From: Erysipelothrix larvae
Lineage (GTDB): Bacteria; Bacillota_I; Bacilli_A; Erysipelotrichales; Erysipelotrichaceae
Assembly: GCF_001545095.1 (NCBI RefSeq)
Contig: NZ_CP013213.1
Location: 1,830,001-1,862,000, forward strand
Length of the DNA: 32,000 nucleotides
Direction of reading: 5' to 3'
Below the pieces are notes generated by a model, which ran no database searches, was not told the DNA's origin, and worked only from the letters and a program-made list of their open reading frames with translations. Made by a program: the position numbers and the translations under genes. Positions 18,911-27,396 of this stretch are shown in pieces. Position 1 is the first letter of the stretch. Each line of letters starts with the position of its first letter.

Positions 18911-19927
18911 CTAATCCTTCAACATGGTTTTGAGTGTATCCTTAATTTCATAAAGATCCAACAGTTTCTCTTGAATCTCTTGAATTGATAATTGATAGGT
19001 ATTGTGTGAATTATACTCTTGTTCACTTGTATTCTCTTCACCCTCTACAAAATACTTATCATAGTTTAAGTCACGTTGATCCATCGGTACACGGTAATAA
19101 TTCCCAAAGTCCTCGGATTTCACATACTCTTCTTTGGTAAGCAATGTTTCATAGAGTTTTTCACCATGTCGGGTTCCAATCACACGGGAACCAACCGCTG
19201 ATTTTGTCAGTTCTAAAATCGCATTTGCAAGGTCTTGTATGGTGCTTGCAGGTGATTTTTGAACAAATAAATCCCCAGGTTTCCCATTTTGAAATGCGAA
19301 TAACACAAGGTCAACCGCCTCATCAAGACTCATTAAGAACCGGGTCATATAAGGGTTTGTTAAGGTGAGGGGTTTGCCTTCTTTAATTTGATCTAAGAAG
19401 AGTGGGATTACAGAACCACGTGAAGCCATAACATTTCCATAACGGGTTCCGCAAATAATGGTTGTATCACGAGCCATTCTTGCTTTCGCAACAAAGGTCT
19501 TTTCCATCATGGCTTTTGATATCCCCATTGCATTGATTGGATAGGCTGCTTTATCCGTAGATAAACAAACAACCCGTTTTACACCTTGAGCAATTGCTTC
19601 TTCAAGCACATTATCCGTTCCCAATACATTGGTTTTTACGGCTTCAACTGGAAAAAACTCACAAGAAGGGACTTGCTTAAGCGCAGCAGCATGGAATATA
19701 AAATCTGCACCCCGTACTGCATGGACAATGCTTGAACGATCGCGTACATCCCCAATATAAAATTGAAGACGATCGTCATTGAATTCCTTACGCATATCAT
19801 CTTGTTTCTTTTCATCACGTGATAAGATGCGAATTTCTTTGATATCTTCTTTAATGAAACGACGCACTAACGCATGTCCAAATGATCCGGTTCCACCAGT
19901 TACTAATAATATTTTGTCTTTAAACAT
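18911..19927 (-). CDS. UDP-N-acetylglucosamine 4,6-dehydratase, CapE/FnlA/PseB family
   Basis: MFKDKILLVTGGTGSFGHALVRRF...IRILSRDEKKQDDMRKEF...FYIGDVRD closely resembles the N-termini of Cap5E/FnlA-type enzymes. Length is 338 aa. Confidence 0.82.
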   Translation of the reverse strand: MFKDKILLVTGGTGSFGHALVRRFIKEDIKEIRILSRDEKKQDDMRKEFNDDRLQFYIGDVRDRSSIVHAVRGADFIFHAAALKQVPSCEFFPVEAVKTNVLGTDNVLEEAIAQGVKRVVCLSTDKAAYPINAMGISKAMMEKTFVAKARMARDTTIICGTRYGNVMASRGSVIPLFLDQIKEGKPLTLTNPYMTRFLMSLDEAVDLVLFAFQNGKPGDLFVQKSPASTIQDLANAILELTKSAVGSRVIGTRHGEKLYETLLTKEEYVKSEDFGNYYRVPMDQRDLNYDKYFVEGEENTSEQEYNSHNTYQLSIQEIQEKLLDLYEIKDTLKTMLKD

Positions 19928-19985
19928 TTTTGCTTACTCCTTTACGATTCGTCTTAATCATTCATAAACCTCTTTACCCATAAAT

Positions 19986-20026
19986 ATCGCGAAACATGAA
20001 TGATTTTATGCTAAATTCATCGCGAT
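19986..20026 (-). other. Intergenic bulged hairpin between the GT2 gene and the dehydratase gene
   Basis: ATCGCGA-aac-ATGAAT ...13 nt... ATTCAT-CGCGAT forms two 6-bp helices separated by a bulge of about 3 nt. Confidence 0.35.
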
Positions 20027-20046
20027 ACTGTTGATATACCATCTCT

Positions 20047-20970
20047 TTATCCTTTTAGTACTTTTTTGAGTAGACCCCCCAAACCAATTGTCACCAGTGT
20101 CTTTTTTACTTGATTTACAGTCGATAAATTTTGATATTCAAATACAGCCTTCACTGTTTGGTATTTCATAAATTCATCCTGAACCTTATGTTTATCATTA
20201 ACTTGGTCAATCAATCGAACATAACGATTTAAAAGAATTGAGAATGCTTTATTGATGACGATGTCCTCATCTTCTTTAGTTTCACACACCTCAATTAAGG
20301 TCCTGAAGACTTTATCCAAGTCTGCTAATTCATCAAACTTTAGCTTTGAATTCGTAATTGATTCTGGATTCATATGTTGAATATAAATGTGTTCATACAA
20401 AGCGTGTGGATGATTTACATACGCATAGTATTGAATAAAGAAAAGTAAGTCTTCACCAAAAACGACCTGTTCATCAAACACTATATTTTGATCTCGAATG
20501 ATAGACCCTAAATAGCACTTATTCCATGGCGCATTATACTCATACGAAATTAAGGCTTTATAAAGTTCATGTTTTGTAAAAGCTGGTTTTGTTTTCGCTA
20601 ACGTGCTTTCTGGATCAATATTAAACAAAATCATGTCTGTTTCTTTATCAGCCTCAAGAATTTTATCCAAGTGTTTAAAATAGGATTGATTGACCTCATC
20701 ATCACTATCAACAAAAAGGATATAGTCACCTTTTGACTGTTTAATCCCAACGTTACGAGCTGAAGAAGCCCCCCCATTCTCTTTGCGAACATACTTGATT
20801 GTGTTATGTTCACGGATAATTGTTTCGCATAAGGCTGCAGTGCGATCTATTGAACCATCGTCGACAATGATTACTTCATAATCATCAAAGTTATTTGCGA
20901 TAATTGAAAGTAAACACCGTTCGATATGTTTCTCAGAATTGAAGACTGGGATTATGATTGAATATTTCAA
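20047..20970 (-). CDS. Family 2 glycosyltransferase
   Basis: KYSIIIPVFNSEKHI...IIVDDGSIDRT...FVDSDD. The TTG start at 20970 follows GGAGGAA and makes a TTGA overlap with the upstream stop. Confidence 0.85.
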   Translation of the reverse strand: MKYSIIIPVFNSEKHIERCLLSIIANNFDDYEVIIVDDGSIDRTAALCETIIREHNTIKYVRKENGGASSARNVGIKQSKGDYILFVDSDDEVNQSYFKHLDKILEADKETDMILFNIDPESTLAKTKPAFTKHELYKALISYEYNAPWNKCYLGSIIRDQNIVFDEQVVFGEDLLFFIQYYAYVNHPHALYEHIYIQHMNPESITNSKLKFDELADLDKVFRTLIEVCETKEDEDIVINKAFSILLNRYVRLIDQVNDKHKVQDEFMKYQTVKAVFEYQNLSTVNQVKKTLVTIGLGGLLKKVLKG

Positions 20971-22028
20971 GATTTGGATTCCTCCTTAACCATCATTATG
21001 GATGGGTTTTTATGACGAATACTGTATAGTTTCCCACTCATTGCGAATAAGACCAAGAGTACTAAGCTATATTTCAAAGCTCTTATCTTTTTTACGTGTC
21101 CTTTCCCTAGTTTGCCTTTAAAATATCCACTGTCATCTTTTTTCAGTGACTCATTGAGATACCAATCAGGAAAATAGGATTCAAGAAATTGATATTCTTT
21201 CCAAATTTCTTTCTTTGATTTGAAGATGTGAATTCGATTGAGACGCACGATTTTGGGCAGGGTTCGAAACATAATATTTCGAATAAATAACAACTCCAAA
21301 TCAGACGCTAAGTCATTGTATGTTGGCATAGGTTTAAAGCCTTCATATAATTGTTCCCCGATTTTGTTGATGTCGTATATTTTGTCATTAAATTGACTTG
21401 TTATCTGTCCTTCACGCATTTGTCGATAATAGTATAATGTTTCATCAAGCTTTACGATATGATTTGAATATCCTAACAGGATATAACAGGTTAAATTATC
21501 TTCATAATGAAGGCCAATTGGAAAACGAATGGCATTATCATTGAATAAGCATGTCTTAAAGATTTTATTACATACCATTGCTTCATAAACAATTTTGTCC
21601 CCAATGTTATTGTCACTGACCAACACTTCGTCACCATCCGTGTACTCAACGTAATTACATACAACAACATCCGCGTCTTTTTGATAAGCTGTCGTTAACA
21701 TCGAAGTGTAGATCGGTGCATTCACCCAATCATCAGAGTCTAAAAACGTCACATACTCGCCAGTAACTTGATCAAGTCCATAGTTTCTCGCATCAGATAA
21801 CCCACCATTTGCCTTGGTGTATAATGAAATCAATTCAGGATTCTCATTTACATAGCGTTGCGCAATTTCTTTTGAGTTATCGGTACTCCCATCATTTACA
21901 CAAATTACTTCAAATTCTGTAGGATCAAGTTTCTTGATTGAATCAAGGCAATCACTTAAATACTTCTCTACATTATAAATTGGAATTATGATTGATAGTT
22001 TTTTCCTATCACTTGATATTTTATTCAT
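20967..22028 (-). CDS. Family 2 glycosyltransferase
   Basis: LSIIIPIYNVEKYL...VNDGSTDNS...FLDSDD. I chose the ATG at 22028, preceded by a G7 tract acting as the SD-like element. Confidence 0.85.
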   Translation of the reverse strand: MNKISSDRKKLSIIIPIYNVEKYLSDCLDSIKKLDPTEFEVICVNDGSTDNSKEIAQRYVNENPELISLYTKANGGLSDARNYGLDQVTGEYVTFLDSDDWVNAPIYTSMLTTAYQKDADVVVCNYVEYTDGDEVLVSDNNIGDKIVYEAMVCNKIFKTCLFNDNAIRFPIGLHYEDNLTCYILLGYSNHIVKLDETLYYYRQMREGQITSQFNDKIYDINKIGEQLYEGFKPMPTYNDLASDLELLFIRNIMFRTLPKIVRLNRIHIFKSKKEIWKEYQFLESYFPDWYLNESLKKDDSGYFKGKLGKGHVKKIRALKYSLVLLVLFAMSGKLYSIRHKNPSIMMVKEESKS

Positions 22029-22032
22029 ATAG

Positions 22033-22039
22033 CCCCCCC
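22033..22039. repeat. G7 (C7 on the plus strand) homopolymer at the initiation region of the GT2 gene
   Basis: The minus strand reads ctttGGGGGGGctatATG. Confidence 0.9.
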
Positions 22040-22094
22040 AAAGCATCACATTTATAATGTGATATTCATGCTTTACCCCTTATTACTTGCTTGC

Positions 22095-23348
22095 TTATCG
22101 TACATGTTTACCATTGATGCAAATCGCAATTAAACTATAAAAATATGGTGACACGAGCGTTTCAAAGAAAACATGACCATTAATAAGTGCCAATGAATTT
22201 GAAACAACTAATGCAGTGATTAACATCCATATGTCAAATTTATGATGCGTACGAAACTGTGATAATACTGACTTAAATGCCTTCCAATTGATGGCAAGGA
22301 TAAATATAAAAATAAATATTCCTGAATAGAAGAACGCAGCGAGAAAGTCAATCTCTAACGTCGGAGTCAACCCAAACGATAAGAGCACACTCATAATGCT
22401 TGAATAACCCATACCAAAAATACTGGATACAGTAATCTGCAGTGGGGTTTGTCCTATAAAATGGTTGAATGTTCGAAGTGCCATATGATTTCGATACGAT
22501 AGAATGGCACTCAAAATAGAGTCATAGTTCGTATAATCAGCATTCCTGCTTAAATAATATGAACTTGCAAAAATGCCTATGATGATGAGTACAATCGAAC
22601 AATAAAAAAATATCCTCAGATTTTTCTTTGCTTTTGAACTGATCGAATGATCATAGAATGCGTAGTAAAACACAATCATCGCAATAATTAACAGAATTGC
22701 AATCTGACCTGCACGGGTTCCTGTTAACAGGAGTGCTAATACAGTGATAGCGATGAAACTCTTTTTATATGTAAACATATCCTGATACGAAATAAATAGC
22801 ATTAAGGTAATGAGTAGGAGCTGTGTTATAACATTTCCATGATCAAAATATCCACGATATCCAAATCTCCATATCCATGATTCCAATCCGAAACCAAATG
22901 GACTGATAATAATATTAATTGAGACAATTAGTGAGGCAAACACCAAATTCTTTACTAGAAATTGTGATGTAATCATCTTATTTCTGAGTAAGCAATCCAG
23001 TAGTATTAACACCGAGAAACAATAAGATACTCTCAAGGCATAATTTATATCTAGCATTAAACTTTTTGAAATACCCATAAGTTGATAGATCAATACACTT
23101 AAATATAGAATTAGATTTATCCCTATCCAAAACTTGGTGTGACGCTTCGAGTTATACGCGATAAAAAAAACACATAATATATACATTAATAATCTCATAA
23201 CTTGATTAATCGGGATTCCTAAGTTCATTACACTTCCAAAATAAATGGACATATCAATAAAAGGACTCACAAATATGAGAACACTAACAAACATCCTATT
23301 TGACTTTTGTTTATCCTCCATAAAATTAAACAATCTTGAATTTCTCAT
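22095..23348 (-). CDS. wzy: Polysaccharide repeat-unit polymerase (Wzy-like polytopic membrane protein)
   Basis: About 417 aa from the ATG at 23348 (SD AGGAGGAA), with many TM segments. LLLTGTRAGQIAILLII is a Wzy_C-like loop motif. Confidence 0.65.
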   Translation of the reverse strand: MRNSRLFNFMEDKQKSNRMFVSVLIFVSPFIDMSIYFGSVMNLGIPINQVMRLLMYILCVFFIAYNSKRHTKFWIGINLILYLSVLIYQLMGISKSLMLDINYALRVSYCFSVLILLDCLLRNKMITSQFLVKNLVFASLIVSINIIISPFGFGLESWIWRFGYRGYFDHGNVITQLLLITLMLFISYQDMFTYKKSFIAITVLALLLTGTRAGQIAILLIIAMIVFYYAFYDHSISSKAKKNLRIFFYCSIVLIIIGIFASSYYLSRNADYTNYDSILSAILSYRNHMALRTFNHFIGQTPLQITVSSIFGMGYSSIMSVLLSFGLTPTLEIDFLAAFFYSGIFIFIFILAINWKAFKSVLSQFRTHHKFDIWMLITALVVSNSLALINGHVFFETLVSPYFYSLIAICINGKHVR

Positions 23349-23437
23349 ATTTCCTCCTAAGATATACATTTATGCAATCATCTCTTTCTCGATTAAAAAA
23401 GATCACTGCATCAGCATAGACCTAACTCATGAATCAT

Positions 23438-24604
23438 CTATTCACTTAAGAATAAATGTGAATAGTCATTGACAATCTTATCCCATGAATAATGATCAAT
23501 GATTACTTGTTGCGCATTCAATTGACTTATAACATCCTGGTTTTCTTCAACACGATGGATTTGTTGTTTTAAACTTACACCCTTACTACTCGCAGTTTTC
23601 GACCAATAAATTGCGTGGTCTTTTGCAACTTCACTGTTGAATCCTACATCCAAAAGCAGATTTAATTTCGTTGATGCTAATGCTTCTAAAAGTGATGGAT
23701 TCGTCCCACCTACCTCATGACCATGTAGGTAAGCAAAAGCTTTTTCTCTTATAAACTTTAATAAATCTTGGTCATAAACTGTTCCAACAAACTTAACTCT
23801 TGGATCACTTTCAAATCCCGTTTTATTTTTTAAATGATCATAAAACTTATTCTTCTCGACATTCGTGATGATCACTAAATCTTTCTGTGAATTAGAATTC
23901 ATAAATTCAGATATCATCGTTTCATAATTATTCTCCGGAACAAATCTTCCGACTATAAGATAGTATTGATCAAACGCAACTGAGAATTGTTGAAACCAGT
24001 CTACTACTTTTTGATCCGTTTCTACTAAGGGTGACTTGCTGACATCTGCACCATAAGCAATAAACGTTGTATTTGGTTGAAACTTAGCATAACACGTCTT
24101 TATGTATTCTTCGATCGTAATCGAGTCACACACGAGCAAATCAGCATGCTTTACCATTAACTTTTCAGAGTACTTCCAATACTTTCTAATTAACCAATTC
24201 CATTTAGCTCTTTTCCATTCATGACCATCTGGATTAACAAAAAGTTTGACATTAAGTTTTTCCATTTTCTTTTTGAAATGTCCAATGAATGGTCCAATTC
24301 TACACGCTAACACATAGATGATTGCGTCTTCTATTTTATTGTTTTCGATGTATTTTAACACATGATCTAAAGCAACAATGTCATAATACACAGCTTTTGC
24401 AGGCCCTATGTTTGGTACCTTAACATTAAAACACCGTGCATTATTATGTTCATATTCTTGGTCATTATCGGATAAACACGATACATGATATTTAATTTCT
24501 GTATGATTAACATCATTATATTCCGTTAGTTTTTCAACAAAGGTTTCAAAACCACCATAATTGGATGGAATCCCTTTTGAACCGATAACAAATACATTTT
24601 TCAT
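23438..24604 (-). CDS. DUF1972-type GT4 glycosyltransferase, WchF-like rhamnosyltransferase
   Basis: MKNVFVIGSKGIPSNYGGFETFVEKLTEY matches the characteristic N-terminus of WchF/RgpA-type rhamnosyltransferases. The gene sits second in the locus, after the PGT, and the locus also has rfbABCD. Confidence 0.8.
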   Translation of the reverse strand: MKNVFVIGSKGIPSNYGGFETFVEKLTEYNDVNHTEIKYHVSCLSDNDQEYEHNNARCFNVKVPNIGPAKAVYYDIVALDHVLKYIENNKIEDAIIYVLACRIGPFIGHFKKKMEKLNVKLFVNPDGHEWKRAKWNWLIRKYWKYSEKLMVKHADLLVCDSITIEEYIKTCYAKFQPNTTFIAYGADVSKSPLVETDQKVVDWFQQFSVAFDQYYLIVGRFVPENNYETMISEFMNSNSQKDLVIITNVEKNKFYDHLKNKTGFESDPRVKFVGTVYDQDLLKFIREKAFAYLHGHEVGGTNPSLLEALASTKLNLLLDVGFNSEVAKDHAIYWSKTASSKGVSLKQQIHRVEENQDVISQLNAQQVIIDHYSWDKIVNDYSHLFLSE

Positions 24605-24618
24605 ACTTTCCCCTACCC

Positions 24619-26031
24619 TTATTTTGAACCAATTTTCGCAAACACAACAATTACAGTTTTAAAGAGAATTTTGAAATCCAAAATTAATGTGAAGTTGTCA
24701 ATGTACTCTGTATCCAGTCGGACAACTTCTTCAAAATCTGTAATATTGCTCCTTCCACTTACTTGCCACATCCCTGTAATCCCAGGTTTCATACTGAGTC
24801 TTCGTTTGTGATGTGAACTGTAATGCTTAAATTCATCGACAGTTGGTGGTCGTGTCCCAACCAAACTCATTTCTCCCTTAACAACATTAAAGAACTGTGG
24901 AAGTTCATCAATACTTGTTGCGCGAATAAACTTACCAACCCTTGTGACCCGTGGATCATTGGTCATTTTAAACATATGTCCTTCGACTTCATTGTCTTTC
25001 AGTAACTCTTTTTTCTGCTGTTCTGCATTGACACCCATGGATCGAAACTTATAAATATAGAAGTAACGTCCGTTTAGGCCTACGCGCTTTTGTTTAAAGA
25101 AAATAGGACCGGGTGATTCAAGTTTGATAATTGGTCCCAGTATTATGGCGACTAGTAGTGTGATTGTTGAGCCCACAAGCCCACCAACAATATCAATGCC
25201 TCGTTTAATGAATAAGGACTCTTCACTTGGTACTGTTTCTGAGAAGGATAGTACAGGATAATCCCCGATATGGTTAACTTGTGTTGGATAGCCACTATAA
25301 AATGACAAGAGATCTACCCCTAAATTAACAACAACACCCATTGTCCATATTTCATTAACCATGGTTTCAATGCGTCCCCACCAACCATTGTTTAACATGA
25401 GTAAGACTGAATCAACAATCTGTGAGCGGGTATACTCAACCAATGTATCAAGATTTGCAACCACCTTGAAACCATTAATTGCTTCACCCACACAGTCTTC
25501 GTCTACGATAACCAACTCGATACGATTATCAAGTTGTCCATTTTGAATTATATTCATTTTGTCTTTTGACTGTGCTTTTTCTTTTGTTGTGACGACTAAG
25601 AGTATTTGAGATTTATTGGTCATCCCTTTTTTATATACTGTACGAAGTACCATTCTTCCACAGTATCCAACAAACACATATATAATAATCGTCAACAAAA
25701 AAACACCCCTGGATACGATCATTGAGAAACTTAACGTAAAGACCAGAAGCGCAAAAAACATTCCCATGAATGCTATGTTTTTGATGATATTATACATTTC
25801 TTGTAGATAATCTCTTTTTAGAAATAATTTGTTTTTTCCTAAAGTTATGAGTTCAGCCAAAAACAAGGATAAGATGAACAGAAGATAGGTATGAACAAAG
25901 ATATCCTTAAAAAAGGGCACATTATTTTGAAGTATAATTAAGTATAAAATTGAACCGATTAGGTAGCTCACGCTTAAAGATATAACATCTGTTATTGTTA
26001 CAGCTAATTCGAGCTTTTTATTTCTAGTCAA
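24619..26031 (-). CDS. Initiating polyprenyl-phosphate sugar-phosphate transferase (large PGT), copy 2
   Basis: It is collinear with copy 1 over its whole length, and the C-terminal catalytic domain is nearly identical. No in-frame ATG occurs before the TM region. I propose the TTG start at 26031 after GGGGGGG-A-T run, which gives 470 aa. Confidence 0.88.
   Translation of the reverse strand: MTRNKKLELAVTITDVISLSVSYLIGSILYLIILQNNVPFFKDIFVHTYLLFILSLFLAELITLGKNKLFLKRDYLQEMYNIIKNIAFMGMFFALLVFTLSFSMIVSRGVFLLTIIIYVFVGYCGRMVLRTVYKKGMTNKSQILLVVTTKEKAQSKDKMNIIQNGQLDNRIELVIVDEDCVGEAINGFKVVANLDTLVEYTRSQIVDSVLLMLNNGWWGRIETMVNEIWTMGVVVNLGVDLLSFYSGYPTQVNHIGDYPVLSFSETVPSEESLFIKRGIDIVGGLVGSTITLLVAIILGPIIKLESPGPIFFKQKRVGLNGRYFYIYKFRSMGVNAEQQKKELLKDNEVEGHMFKMTNDPRVTRVGKFIRATSIDELPQFFNVVKGEMSLVGTRPPTVDEFKHYSSHHKRRLSMKPGITGMWQVSGRSNITDFEEVVRLDTEYIDNFTLILDFKILFKTVIVVFAKIGSK
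24842..24897. repeat. 56-nt stretch identical to 10132-10187
   Basis: Same sequence and orientation as in PGT copy 1. Confidence 0.9.
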
Positions 26032-26058
26032 AAAAAATCCCCCCCAAGCAATTTTTTT
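26030..26058. repeat. Cluster of homopolymer tracts in the PGT copy 2 leader (minus strand A7 ... G7-A-T8)
   Basis: The minus strand reads ttgAAAAAAAttgcttGGGGGGGaTTTTTTTTGact. The last TTG of the T-run is the proposed start codon. Confidence 0.9.
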
Positions 26059-26089
26059 CAAATTCAATATTTAATTCATTAATAGAATC

Positions 26090-26098
26090 ATTATAACA
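26090..26098 (-). promoter_or_regulatory. Extended -10 promoter element (TGtTATAAT) for locus 2
   Basis: The minus strand reads ttagTGtTATAATg about 60 nt upstream of the proposed TTG start. The arrangement matches that upstream of locus 1. Confidence 0.5.
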
Positions 26099-26550
26099 CT
26101 AAATCTTGAAATTTAATAAACCTATTTTGCACACATACGGCTAACCTTCAAAATTGAACGATCAATCGTACTATCACTGATACAATATATCAGATTTTTC
26201 TAAAATTGCAAGATAATGAGATATACTCGTATATTATATTATCTACCAAATATAAGCACAACATACTATTCAGCATTTTATCTGCCCTTATGAATCTTGT
26301 CTTCTTAAATAATCCAATCACATCTTCAACTTCAATTTACCAATCGCATCAAATTTAGATTCTCTTATCAATATTGTAGAAAAAGGAAAAATCACTTGTT
26401 GGTTGTTTGCATTATGAACGTCTTTAATAACTAATTCAATTCAAAATGCATCATGTACTCGGTTCCTTCAATGAATTTTACTTGATCCCCAAGTTTCTTA
26501 ACAGTTGTAGCCATTTATTGATATAAATCTAAATAATTCAGATATCGCAA

Positions 26551-27330
26551 TTATAAATCAATTCTGCTACTTATCGAGTTAGATAAGTTGTAAGCTTCTT
26601 CAGCCTTATCATGTGCTTGTTGAGCCATAAATAGTGCTTGACTAGAATCAGATATCGCTTTTTCAGAATTATCAATCGCTTTCTGTATATTTTCGTTTTG
26701 TAATATTATCATTTCTTCAATTTTTTTTCGATGTTCAGCAGCTAATCTCTCTTCATTATCTTTTCTCAGTTCATCAAAATATAGATTAATCGACTCTTTT
26801 ACGGTTTCGACTCTTCCTTCTTCAAAAAGCTCCAGTATAGTTTTAAGCGCTTCAGATGTTCTTATTTTTTCGGGAAATAGAGTTTCACTTCTCCAAGCAC
26901 TTTCCGTTAATACAAAAAGTTCTTGAGAAGCATCCATCTCTAACTTAGCAGATCGAATTTTATGCATTTTTTCTGCATTGTCCTCTTCCATAAGACGTTT
27001 TCTATGACTAGCATATTTTTCATAGTACTCTTTTTCAGCTAATTGTCTTTTGTAATCATAGTGTTTGTTAGCTTCTTCCATGTTTGTTTTACGTTTTTGA
27101 GTATAACTAAATGGATTCCATTTGTTTAAAGCTTTTGGTTTATCACCAACTTGTTCTAGGATGTATTTATCTTTATTCGTTTCATCAAACATTTTCAAAT
27201 TTTTCGGAATATAATGTTCAGCATCTACTAGACTCCTTTTGGCAGAATCCATCCTCTCTAGTGCTACCTCATAGTTTTGTATGATTACAAGCATTCTTCT
27301 GATTTGATTGATAACTTTAGACGGCTCCAT
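26551..27330 (-). CDS. Hypothetical charged, probably coiled-coil protein, no family recognised
   Basis: 259 aa with a strong SD (AAAGGAGATCAATT-ATG). It is rich in E, K and R, and has no TM segment. Confidence 0.7.
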   Translation of the reverse strand: MEPSKVINQIRRMLVIIQNYEVALERMDSAKRSLVDAEHYIPKNLKMFDETNKDKYILEQVGDKPKALNKWNPFSYTQKRKTNMEEANKHYDYKRQLAEKEYYEKYASHRKRLMEEDNAEKMHKIRSAKLEMDASQELFVLTESAWRSETLFPEKIRTSEALKTILELFEEGRVETVKESINLYFDELRKDNEERLAAEHRKKIEEMIILQNENIQKAIDNSEKAISDSSQALFMAQQAHDKAEEAYNLSNSISSRIDL

Positions 27331-27396
27331 AATTGATCTCCTTTACAAATATCACAGATCCTTTTAGATCTATTTACTACTATTATATATCAAATT

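Noticed and set aside
26431-26514. 27-aa minus-strand ORF (MATTVKKLGDQVKFIEGTEYMMHFELN) downstream of the 259-aa gene
   Set aside because: It has no SD and is followed by stops in all frames. It may be a gene remnant, but I cannot support that.
12000-27330. Considered the 318-aa and 259-aa orphans as Wzz/CpsC-type chain-length regulators
   Set aside because: Neither has the two flanking transmembrane segments that define that family.
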